From Felis catus (Eukaryota), in assembly GCF_018350175.1 (NCBI RefSeq), contig NC_058368.1:18292001-18352000 (forward strand): a stretch of 60,000 nt of DNA, read 5' to 3'. Shown here one piece after another: positions 48,711-60,000 of the stretch; positions within the stretch are counted from its first letter, which is position 1, and the number at the start of each line of letters is the position of its first letter. The position numbers and the translations under genes are program-made. The notes under the pieces are model-generated. The model worked only from the letters and a program-made list of their open reading frames with translations, was not told the origin of the DNA and ran no database searches.

Positions 48711-49469
48711 AAATCATATCCATAATATTCACTTAATTCTTTTATTATTTCTTCCTTTTTCACGTCTGTCTTGTAGATGAAAGATGAAGCCTTAAGGGAG
48801 TGAAGAAACTCGCCATGGTGACTCAGCCCATAAGTAACAGAGTCAGGACATGGACCCCAATGGTCCAGCCCAGAACCCTCACTCATGGCCATTTAATACA
48901 CCCTCGGCAAAGAGAAGGTGCTGTCCAGCTTGGCAAGAATGGCGTCCAGGCAATGCTACAGGCAGAGCCAGACTGCAGCTGGCAATGGGGAATGGTCAAG
49001 TTCAGCCCCACCACAATGAGGAATATAAGCTCTTGGGGAATGAACAGGGTTTCTGGAACAACTGATATTAGAGAACACAAATCTGAGGTACAGCCAATAT
49101 AGGGAAACGTATAAAAAGTAGAGAAAATGGATGGTTGATCGATCCTAGGTTGGGGTTTTGCTGGAAAGTGGCTGAAGACAAGATGGTCTGGGGAGAGACT
49201 GGTTTAAAAATTCCATCTTGGAATCTAGGCAGAGTGGGGGGGGGGTGCTGCGAGTCAGGGGGAAGGTGTAGCTAAAGACAGCAAGGGGTTGGGGGTCACG
49301 GGGACCAGACATTTGCTTGAGGCTGAAGAGCAGGAAGCAAGAGAAGAGGCCTAGAAGAATATTAGCTTGCTGTCAGAGAGAGTAGGATGGGTGTCCAGAC
49401 AACGTCTTACAAGGCATCCTAGAGGTAAATTAGAAACAAAGATAAAGTCGGGAAAATAGATTTATTCTT

Positions 49470-49683
49470 GAGATGCCCGGGTGGCTCAGTCGGCTAAGCG
49501 TCTGACTTTGGTTCAGGTCATGATCTTATGGTCTGTGGGTTCAAGACCTGCATCCGGCCCTGCCCTGACAGCTCGGAGCCTGGAGCCTGCTTCGGATTCT
49601 GTGTCTCTCTCTCTCTCTGCCCCTCCCCTGCTTGCACTCTGTCTCTCTTTGTCTCGAAAAATAAACATTAAAAAAAAGTTTAA
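49470..49683 (+). mobile_element. CanSINE
   Basis: TSD AAAATAG(A/C)TTTATTCTT at 49453-49469 and 49684-49700. Confidence 0.95.
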
Positions 49684-51108
49684 AAAATAGCTTTATTCTT
49701 AATCATTAAATTTCAAGGATAAAGACACAAGCTGGAAGCTACAAGTCACTTCTTGTTACCTGAACCACCATTTCATGAGATTATTAAAAACTCTGATCAC
49801 AGATCATTAAAAAATTCTAAATTGCTCCAGGTAACAGATTGCTTTCTCTGAATCACTCATTTTTTTTTCTGAAATAAGGAGAAGAAAAATAGTTAAAATT
49901 AGCCACCTTTTTATAAGGCACTTGCTGGAACTAATTAGTAATTATTTTTTAACATAAGCAGTTGGTATGAGAGTGGTGATAATATATTTACAATATAAAC
50001 TTAGCATCATTAATGAGATTGTCATTTGTGGAGACAAGACTGTCAGAAGCTGTCCCCTTTATGACGGAGAGCCTCTCTTTCAGTTCCAGGGTGGAAGGTG
50101 GCAGTCAGAACACTCTTAACAAAAAAATTCTGCAAGAATAATGTATGCCATGATATATATTTGAAGAGCTGTAATATGCACAGTGTTTGAAGGCTTTCTA
50201 AAAAACAAATGAACAGTTTTTAGCCTAACAGCTAAAGCTTGAGCGTCTTAAAGATTTATCAACATAAAAACGTGGCTTCTTTACAACAAAGTATTCGCAT
50301 GGATGGAAACTCTTTGATTCTCTGATAACAAATGCGTCTTTTTGTATTAATTCTTAAGTAGCCTAACATTAGCCTTTTCCCTTCTAAACTCCCATATTTG
50401 GATTCAGAGTGAGACTTTCTTTTCCCTTCTCATTTAATCGATGTTGGCACGAAGCTCCCCTCTGTCAGCTTGATATTCTGCTCTGGTCTGACCTAATTCT
50501 GCTCAGGCAATGAATCCACTTACTCCCCCTGGCTGGGCAAAAGGAAGAAGACATGGGAGAGAAGTGAGATACCAAAGTCTTTCTTGTGTTAGGCTGTTTT
50601 AGGGCGTCGGCCTAATTTAAGTACTTGGATAACATTCCCCAGACAGTGTGAAGGGTTTTCTTAGTTCACATTGGGCCGTGCTTGAGCCTAACTTGACCTC
50701 ACTCATCCCCATTCCAGCTATGCGGAGAGACCTCTTCTGGCAGAGAAGGATCGAGAATGCTTTTTCCACCCCCTCGAGTCGGTGATACCTAACCCCCGTG
50801 TGTAATTTCGGAGCGCCCTTCCAAGCGCTGGAGTGTCCGGTGGTGTTTGTGAGCCCTGCTTGCTGTTGTAGACACTTCCGTCATCATCATTTATGCTGTG
50901 GCAAAGCTCTCGTGTGTTTCAGTAAAAAGAAGATTGTGCTTGGGTTTTGTCTTCGCTTGACATGGCTTCTTCCCTCTGCTTGCTGATGTGGTATTTTCCA
51001 ACGAACCACTGTCACCACAACAGCAGGAATCCTTAGTTGTAGCAAAAACTCATAACAGAGCTGAAATTTCCATAAGACAACTCAGACTGGGGAAAACATA
51101 GTTTAGCC

Positions 51109-51312
51109 TTTTTTTTTTTTTAACATTTATTTATTTTTGAGAGACACAGAGAGACAGAGCATGAGCAGGGAGGGGCAGAGAGAGGGAGACACAGAATCTG
51201 AAGCAGGTTCCAGGCCCCGAGCTGTCAGCACAGAGCTTGATGTGGGGCTCAAACTCACAAACCGTGAGAGCTGAGGTCGGACGCTTAACCGACTGAGCCG
51301 CCCAGGCACCCC
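51109..51312 (-). mobile_element. CanSINE with small internal deletion
   Basis: TSD AGTTTAGCCTTTTTT at 51100 and 51314; lacks the ATCATGACCTG segment. Confidence 0.94.
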
Positions 51313-51404
51313 GAGTTTAGCCTTTTTTCTATAACTGATTGTATTTTGTTCTAGGACTCCATTTCCAGTGATGGCCCCCAAAGCATAACTTGGATCTGCT
51401 AGAC

Positions 51405-51600
51405 ACTGTGAATTGCCTGTCTAAAGCCCATTCTCCCCTTCTCTACTAAAAATACTCCAATTTTATCCTAGTCACAAAACACCCAACCAAAATTTATGCT
51501 TCCCAGATTCCCTTGCAGCAAGTACGGACCTGTAGCTAGGTTCTGACAAATAGAGTGTAAACTGAACTACTGAGTGTAACTTCTGGAATAGCCCTTTAAC
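51405..51600 (+). mobile_element. Old MaLR LTR remnant (MLT1H-J-like)
   Basis: CCCATTCTCCCCTTCT...TTCCCAGATTCCCTTGCAGC...GTTCTGACAAATAGAGTGTAA. Confidence 0.6.
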
Positions 51601-53369
51601 GTAGGATAACTCAACCTAGAGTATACACTTCACGCTCCCCCACTTTTCTCCATTGCTGTCTAAAATGCTGGAGCTCTCCCATCACTTACTCACTGTCTTA
51701 CTTGATTCTAATATATCATTTTGAATTGTGGTCTTTTCTTTTGCCACTATATCTTGCTTCTTCAAGAAGAAAACATCAAAATCAACTTCAAGTCATGGGC
51801 TGCCTTTTCAAGCTGTGTCATGTGTGTGTGTTTGTATGTGTGTGCATGTGTGTGTGCTTGCATGCATGCACACACTTTGGTGGTAGAGGTAGAGTTATAA
51901 AAATAATAGAAGAAACAATTCCTGACATGAAGAACTGTATCACAAGGATGAGACTTACTCGGTGGGAATAATGACAGAACATAAACAAGGTAGATACAGA
52001 TAGACTGATACCCAGAAAAATGGAGATCTGATATAGACATATTTCAATCTAGTTTCAAATAAGTATCTTACACGGGACTGTAAATTATCATTTTCCTCCC
52101 CTGTACACCCAGAGTTTCTGCTGTTCATGTGTTCAGAACTGAAATGCTCAGAAAGGATGAGATGGAGAAAGGCCCCTCACCTTTTGGAACTGTAAAGATT
52201 TGGTAATGCCCTGCTCCCACTATCTGCTTACAGAGGACCCCTCATGACCACATATGAACACATTCCAGGCGGACAGAAGATAGCCCCCTCTATTCTATGT
52301 CTGAGGACTTCTGCTACTGCTGCTTAACAAGAACTACAGGGCAAATGATCAGGATGACAGCTCAAGACACAAAGGAAATCGTTTAAACATTCATTAAATG
52401 CAAACCCCTTTTTAATTTGAAGTGTCTTAAAAACACAGACACCACATAGATACGGATATGGGTCTTACTGTCTTTGTCACGTCTCTACAATATATATCAA
52501 CCAAAGGAAGTGTCCATGATACCATAATAAAGCATCCTGACAAACTTCGATTTACCATTTAAAAAATGCTAATTCTGAAAGTGATTAATACAGTAACATT
52601 TCCAGGCACCTAGGATCTAACAGAAAATGTTTCAAAATTAGAGCACCATAAAAAGAGTGGTATTCACAAGAAACATAATTTAGGTCACAAATTACAGTAA
52701 ACTCACAGGTTCCCTTCTCAGTGGTTTGACCCTCAGGATAAAGCAGTCCTGCTGTAAATCGCATGCCATGTGAGTGCTTCCTTGAAATGAGTGACTGATT
52801 GGAGAGTGGGACTCTCTCAAACAATCTTTTGAAGTTCATTCGTTGTATCGTAATATGCGTGCAGGTGTGGCGAAGACAGCGGCTACCCACGGAAGATTCA
52901 GGCTTCCCTTCTACAGCGTACAGTCATGGCTGGGAAGTGGCTGTCCTGGTATCTGCGTGGGCCCACGCTGGCTCGGTTCCAGGTCAGGAATGTAGGCGAG
53001 AGTGATGTGTGACACTCGGGCCTGGCCCATGAACACCCGTGATCTTGCACGTTCTCTGTCACCCTCCATCATCTGGCTGGCTCTGTGAAATACTGTGTGG
53101 AAGGCTGTTAGCGAAGGATGCCCTGAGACTGGTCTTTAAGCAAACATTAAACATGGTGCCAAACCAGTGCGATTTGGGGACTTGCCTATTCTCACAGCAC
53201 TGCTGTCACTGACGTGGCAGGTTGTGGTGTATCAGCCACAGCCAACCCCTCCCCTCTCAGGGCCATCATCTTCCTTTCACTAACGATAAGTCTCTTTTCA
53301 TGTCCCCTTCCCCATTTTTTTGGTTCCTTACATTTCTGGTTGACATATTCCATATAATACCTTTTTTTT

Positions 53370-53530
53370 TTTTTGGCTTATAAACCGCAGAAATCTATTT
53401 TTCACAGTTCTGGAGGCTGGAAGTCCAAGATCAAGGTGCCAGCATGGTTGGGTGAGGGTCCTCTTCTGGTTGAAGACTTCCATTCTCACATGATAAAAGG
53501 AGTAGGACACCTCTTTTGAATCACCTGTCA
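53370..53530 (-). mobile_element. MLT1-type MaLR LTR fragment
   Basis: GGCTTATAAACCGCAGAAATCTATTTTTCACAGTTCTGGAGGCTGGAAGTCCAAGATCAAGGTGCCAGCATGG. Confidence 0.85.
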
Positions 53531-55186
53531 GTCCATTCATTAGAGCTTGAGTCTTGGTTTTCTCCTTACAAAGGCTACTGCTGCCCACGGCTGAGGTCAG
53601 GACTCCGAGAAATGGTAGGAGAAGGAGGTGGTGGACACAGTCGCCTGATGGTGTGTTCTCCTTCATTGTTTTCCCTTCCACACTGAGTCCTCTTTCCATC
53701 CCAGGACTATGAGAATCACACTCTGAGCCCTGGCTGTCCATGCCCTTCTGAGGTCAGCGGGGAGACTACATTGCAAGAGTGGCTTCTGGACCTTTTCTGG
53801 GAAGGGCAGAGCCAGGGGCTTGTTGCATAATGAGCCCTGAGAACACCCAGGAAACCCAATCTCATTGTGTTTATGACAAGGTGGCGCCTGATAAAAAGCC
53901 TCAAGGGCTCTCACTTACAATTTTTTTTTATCCCCCTCATCTTCCCCGAGGCTATGCCAATGAATAATGACCATTTGAAATTCTTCCAAGGAGGACCAAT
54001 CACTATACAAAACAGTAGCTGGCTCCTTCATGTAATATCCCCGGAATTTATATCATGGCAACGTTCTCGTTCCATTTCATAATAGGGAATTGCTTGAGAA
54101 ACCACCACATTTTACCGCCTTTGCATTGTGTTCTTCAGAAGGTAGAAGTTCAGGTCTCGGAAAGGGGGTAAGTCCACTCCAAAGTGGGCCTGGGAGCATA
54201 CGTGTGCGTGCGTGTGTGAATGTGAGTGTAAGTATGTTCCTATTTGCTTCGGTGCCAAGTGGTCTAGACTGGTACCAGAAAACTGTCTCTCAGGGGTTGA
54301 AACCAAGTGGGTTATGGGTCCCAAGACGGATTTGACCTGAAAAGTCAGAAGTCTTTGTTCTTGTTACTGCTATTTATTCACAACCAGGGCAACGTTGTGT
54401 TTACATGGTCACAGGGTGAATCCCAGGTCCAGCACTCACCAGCTGTGTAATCTGAGTATAGTCCTTAAACTCTCTACTCTTCTGTTTCCTCTTCTGAAAT
54501 ATGGGAATTATCATGACTCCTACTCCATAGGGGTCTGTGAGGATAACATGAGATAAATATAGAATTCTTAACATGGGGCTGTAATAGGAATCCTCCGTTT
54601 AAATTAGCTAATACCACTAATAATTTTAAACAGAAGATTGCATCATCTACTGAGAAGATTACCATGTTCACCACGATGGACTTTCCCACTCCGACTTCCG
54701 CCTTCCCTGGGTCCTCACAGGCTTTTCTACACGTTCCCATTACGGCACTTGTGACCCTTCATTGCACTGCTGTTTACGAATCCATTCTTCTTGTTTCTAA
54801 TTCTTCTATCCCCATTCCTAACACGGCACCTAGCACGATGCATGTGAAACCATGTGAGATGTCTATTTTCATAGATTAAAAGCTCAAATGTTGGAAGGTT
54901 TATGTGGTTCAATCTAGAGGGGGTGTTTAGTAATATCTGCTGATGAGGGAATGAATGAATGGGTACCCCCCCACTGGTCTACAACTAGTTGACAAGTATC
55001 ATAAATGACACCATGATTTTCACAAACGCTGATTTGTCTCCTAGATACATGTTAATACCTTTCTCACTTTCTAGTAGAATTTTGTTAAAGACATGTTGTA
55101 TCTGTGAGGTATGTTTTTACATGAAATGATGTAGTTCATAATATTGTTCTCAAGAAAATAGAAGATTTAAGAATTATCTATGATGA

Positions 55187-55401
55187 GGGGCACCTGGGTG
55201 GCTCAGTTGGTTGAACATCTGACTCGATTTCAGCTCAGGTCATGGTCTCATGGTCATGGGATCGAGCCCCATGTCGAGCTCCACATTGACAGCTCAGAGC
55301 CTGCTTGGGATTCTCTCTCTCTCCCTCTCTCTCTGTCCCTTTCTGCTCATGCTCTCTCTTCCTCTCCCTCAAAATAAGTAAATAAACTTAAAAAAAAAAA
55401 A
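55187..55401 (+). mobile_element. Older CanSINE
   Basis: Canonical head, (CT)n, A tail. Confidence 0.93.
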
Positions 55402-55959
55402 GATGATCACACACACACATTCACATATATACTCACATACACACTTTGGAATGAACTTACACCATTCTAAATTCTAAACTTGGGCATACTCATCCCTGTT
55501 TCTCTCCTACTGAACCAGCTCAAAACACTATAAGAGGTCCCATAATTAACCAGTGTATTATCTGGAAGCCCAACAATTTCCTACCCCCCAGTCCTACCCC
55601 CAGACCCAGCCATCTATTCTTCTAAAAAAGATTCCTGCGGTTACAAAACTGGCTGCATGAACAGTAGAACAAACAAGGCATATGAGATGTTTGTGTCTTA
55701 CATTTTATATCATCGAGGAATGACCAAAATCATCTGTTGATGACTCCCTCTTTGGGGATCTTCTCTGATCAAAGAAGCAAAGCTGGAACATATGATAAAC
55801 GTTGGAGCTCCCAATGTCTCAGGGAATGTCACGTTTTGACCAACGCTGTGCTGAGGGCCAGCCCTCTGAGGTGGGACGTGAGTTGACAGGAGTCGAGAAA
55901 CTCTATCCTTTCTGTGATGGTGCACAGACAGGAGCCTTAACCACCGGTATGTGTGACTG

Positions 55960-56240
55960 AATCAGCAAGCACAGATTTAAATGCCTGGAGAGATCATATA
56001 GGTAGGAAAAGGAGGTTAAATGTGAAGCAACAGAGAGTAGTGAGGAGTGTGACAAAGTATTCCGTAAAAAGGCAGCAACCGTTTAGTTTCGTGCGGGTCT
56101 ATGAAGTCAGTGTTGCCAGATTTGACGATTTTTAAAAAGAAGTTCGAAATTTGGATGCTCATGAGAAGTTCCCCAGTTTTTGAGATACTGCATGGCTGAA
56201 GAGAAATCTGACCTGCGGTCACCACTTACAACCCCTACCT
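55960..56240. mobile_element. hAT-Charlie-type DNA transposon remnant (MER102/103-like)
   Basis: CAGTGTTGCCAGATTTGACGATTTTTAAAAAGAAGTTCGAAATTTGGAT resembles a recalled consensus. Confidence 0.45.
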
Positions 56241-56656
56241 GGAACCATAACCCACGGCACCTTACACACACACGGCATTCAGAAATTGAAAGAGAATTCT
56301 GCGGTCACAATCTTCAAAGAAAACTCTTGATTTTAAATACTTTCACTTATCATTCCTGAGACTATTCTGACACATGTCTCAATTTTCGATTTGGAAAATA
56401 CAGCTTGAGTGTCTCTAGTTAGCCTTTTGGACCTCCTTAAGAGTGCATAGTGATCCCACCAGGCTCAGAAAGGGAGAAGAAACAGGCCTACATGCTAGAG
56501 GGTGAAAAGTGCCCGCCAATGCGTTTATCTTAGGGAATGAAGAACGGTACACACGGCCTCAGTTTCCCAGCACTGGATGCACTTCTCCTCCCCTTTCACT
56601 TGCTCGTGTCTCTCGACATGCAAATGTTTTGGCTCTGTTATTAAGAAATTATATTT

Positions 56657-56837
56657 GAGGAGCCCCTCGGTGGCTCGGCTGGTTGAGCGCCCGACTCTTA
56701 ATTTCGGCTCAGGTCATGATCCCAGGGTTGTGGGGTCAAGCCCCACGTCAGGCTCTGCGCTGAGCAAGGAGCTTGCTTAAGGTTCTCTCTCTTTCCCTCT
56801 GCCCCTTTCCTTCTCTCTCCCTCTCTAAAAAAAAAAA
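56657..56837 (+). mobile_element. Older short-type CanSINE
   Basis: TSD AAATTATAT(T/A)TGAG; lacks the felid insert. Confidence 0.92.
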
Positions 56838-57008
56838 TTATATATGAGTTATTCTCAGAAGCCCAGTCCACGATGAGAGTACCACATCCACTGGACAATT
56901 ACCACTCTTTTCTAAGTGTTTTGGTCCAACATCAGCAAAGCTTGCCTTCCAGCTTGAAATTCTTCCAGTCCACTAACCAACAGATGGCATTACTAACTTT
57001 CCTGAGAT

Positions 57009-57040
57009 ACGCACGCACACACACACACACACACACACAC
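57009..57040 (+). repeat. (CA)n microsatellite
   Basis: Direct reading. Confidence 0.95.
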
Positions 57041-59549
57041 CCCTTCCCCGTGACAGAACATGCAGTTTGGCTGTGGTGTTAGAAGCACAGTGAACTTATC
57101 AAGCAGCAAAGTGGGTGGCGGGGAGACAGAGGAATCGGAGAGAAAGCTTCATCCCCTCGTTGGCTCCCACCCCCAATTAAGGAGTCCGGGGCATTTAAGG
57201 TCTACCACATTTCCGTGTGGGGATAGAAGCATAATTCAACAAAATGTAGCCTTTGGACAGGAAGTGGGAGGGTCGTCAGTTTGGGCTGGAGCATATGCAG
57301 GATAATCACGACACTGTCTTTGCTGGTGTCAAACCTATATTTGTTAAATAGCTCCCAGAACAGTAACCGGGCACTGTCTTCAGACACTGCCCGCTATTGA
57401 GGAGAGGGAACAACAACGTCAAAAATACCCTGTCGAGCCACCCAAGTCAGATAATTACACCGGCTGCAAAACATCCAGGCACGGAGCACTGGAGACCTTT
57501 GAGGGGGTCCTTTATCATGCCCTGCCTTTTCCAGAATGAGGCTAATTTGCTCCTCTTTCAGCCAGCTCCAGCACAGAGAGCAGCCGAAGGAGAGAGCAGA
57601 GAGTGAACTGTCAGCGTTATTGAAAAGATTCATGATTAGTCACACTCGCTCACAGGCCAGGCCCTTGCCAGACACCACACCACTCATTAGCAGACCTGAG
57701 AACTGGAGTGCTTCCCACAGCTGAGCAACAGCTCTGGGCCTGGCAGGCCCCCAGGGACCCACAAAGCCCTGTGTTCTCCCACACCCTGCGATGAGAAAGG
57801 CCAGTTTGGGCAAGCCTGGGTGCCATTGGCTCCCCCGATGCTAAGTGAGTCTATTTGTCTTATGCTGCGTATCGCTTAAAATATTATTATTCAGGAACTC
57901 AGCTGGCGTGGATATCAAGGTCACATCTCTTCGTGTGACACTGAAACACTTACCTGACGGGGGCCGCCATTTTCTGCCCAGGTTCCCTGCGGAGCACCCG
58001 AGAGCTGGGCACGTCTGTGGTGTGTCATCCTCCCTCATCTCGTGTTCAGCTACAGCTGTTAGCCCTGCTCTTCCCAGAACTGGAAATATTTCTTGTCCTT
58101 GTCTGAGTAATACCGGCAATTACAACTGAAATTTTCAGTGCTGGATATTGGAGGGCTCAGGGTGGTGAACACTCATCCAGCTCATTTGCAGGAGACAGTG
58201 TGGGCCGTAGGATTGATTTCAGTTCCCATAGCAATGGGGAAATTGAGGCTGGGAGGGATCAGAACTCACTCAGAAGTGTAGAATAAGGAAGAAGAGCCAG
58301 GTGCCTGCTTTTCTGTTCGTCTTCACTCCCTTTATTCCAGCTGCAATCCCATACAAGAAGACACCATTTCCAGTTTGGACAGTAAACCATTCTCCTCTTA
58401 ATGACAATACCACTGTCAGAGTTATAACTCCATGAAGCTCAATCAAAACTAACCAAAAAGATCTGGCTTCTATTAGCGTGTTCTGTATCCTCCACAGGGG
58501 ATCTGAAAGCAGAGGGCATGGGGCCAAGACATCATAAGTGATCACAACAGGCACCAAATGCAGTGGTTCATCACGCCATACGTCCGAGCAATGTGGAGCC
58601 ATGACGGGCTCTGGTGGAGAGAGGAAATGATCGTTGTAAGGCCCGACTCCAGACCAGAGCTCACGTTATCTGGTACACACTGATATGCGTATTAGCTTAG
58701 ATTTATAGTACCTGCAAAAGTGGCCCTGGCCCTAAAAGAAGCTCGAGTGGTGAAGAGTGACCACGAACAACGTAAGTATGATTCGAAGCATCACACTCCA
58801 CTTCTTCAGGCTGGAGACGCCCCCACCCTGGCTTCACAGAGATGTTGCCATGCTGACCCAAGCGAGTGTGGTAAGGCCTTGGGGAAATTCCTGTGAGTTT
58901 CTAGAATTTTCAAAACCCCCTGCAAAGCTCCGAGACAGTACTTCAAGTTGGCAAACTCAGAAATTTTGTGTGAAGGCCATTTACCACGATGGACATTCAG
59001 CACCGTGCCTCCCTGGTCCGCTGGGGTAGAGGGCAGTGGGCCAGGAGGGAACGGAAAGGGGCACAGCCGGTGCCTGTCACTCAGTGTAAATGGGCGGGGG
59101 GAACTACTGCCCCTTCCCTGTGTGAGTCCCCCAGTCTCTCCCATTCACTGTGCTTCTGAGGAAAAAGGGGTAGAGTCTCAGACAAGGGATCAAGTCAGAG
59201 GAGCACCCTACTCGACCCCAAAAGAAACTTGCTTCAGGGTCGTTCCAGTCTCCTACAGCCGCCCCACCCCCACTAAGCCTGGGCTCGTCGGCCAAGATAA
59301 CTACTCATGATCACCAGGCCCAGCAAAAGCCTGACTGATGTGGACGCTGCCAATATGTGGTCCACCTCTGGAAGTGTGCATGTGTGCATATGGCAGGTAA
59401 CGGCCTTGCCTCCGATCTTTGCATTACTTGCTTCCAGAAGGGAAGTGATGCTAACGGCTGACAACTTTTGCATCTTTTCCCCGGGTACCATTTTAAGTGC
59501 GTTGACTCTGATAGCTCTTCCCACAACTCGATGAGGAAATACGTTCCTC

Positions 59550-59632
59550 ATTTATGCATGAGGAAACTGAGACCCAGAGACTGTCCGGTCACACAGCCAG
59601 GAAGCGGCGGGGCTGGGATTTGAACCCAGAGC
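59550..59632 (-). mobile_element. MIR
   Basis: ATGAGGAAACTGAGACCCAGAG...GGTCACACAGCCAGGAAG...GGGATTTGAACCCAG. Confidence 0.85.
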
Positions 59633-59789
59633 TCAGTGTGTTAGTTAAGAAACAATGATATGATTCCATGTGGACGTGGGCTCTTGTGTATCCAGTGTAC
59701 TGAGCATGTGGTCAGACCTCTCTCTCTTCAGTGACCCGAGGACATGCATAGAAAGGCAAGGAAGATTTGATGAAAGGAGGCCAAGGGGA

Positions 59790-60000
59790 AGTTTAGCATA
59801 ATGGTCAAGAACAGGGGTTTTGAGATCAACAGATCCAACGGGGATCCACTGTCACTTACAGCTATGTGACCTTGGGCAGTTACTCAGACTCTTGAAACCT
59901 CATTTTTCTCACCTACGAAATGGGAGTAATGAAAGCTTCTAGCTCACAGGGCTCTTGAGAGGTTAAAAGGAATGGGCCCACATAAACATCATTGACCATA
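59790..60000 (+). mobile_element. MIR
   Basis: GTTTAGCATAATGGTCAAGAAC...CTATGTGACCTTGGGCAGTTACTC...CCTCATTTTTCTCACC. Confidence 0.85.

Noticed and set aside
2402..56898. Numerous 60-150 aa ORFs of the type MAQSVKRPTSAQV / ERETQNLKQAPGS
   Set aside because: These are translations of CanSINE bodies on either strand, not genes.
1..60000. NUMT, processed pseudogene or non-retroviral endogenous viral element
   Set aside because: None recognised by eye in any frame; a tBLASTx search would be needed to exclude highly decayed copies.

Overview
Mammalian, felid-type genomic DNA (cat family, judged from SINEC_Fc-type carnivore tRNA-derived SINEs with the GAGCCTGGAGCCTG insert and felid-type L1 3' ends). 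It reads as intergenic or deep-intronic sequence. I recognise no protein-coding gene, RNA gene or prokaryotic-type system, and most listed ORFs are SINE/LINE-derived or chance frames. The window holds about 25 CanSINEs (many with clear target-site duplications, TSDs), young and old L1 fragments, L2/MIR remnants, MaLR/ERV LTR remnants, MER44/MER5 DNA transposons and microsatellites. The most interesting non-routine signals are: (1) a tandem-repeat-built array of about 12 heat-shock-element pentamers at 40463-40517; (2) an orphan CpG island at about 17130-17765 with co-oriented CTCF-like motifs, a minus-strand TATAAAAG and a 170-codon ATG ORF; (3) an ungapped 119-bp, about 82% identical direct repeat (22239/23627) bracketing tandem E-boxes and a perfect T-MARE; (4) a near-identical head-to-head young SINE pair 32 bp apart; (5) a three-layer nested L1>MER44>SINE structure. 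Repeat family names come from memory of consensus sequences and boundaries are approximate.
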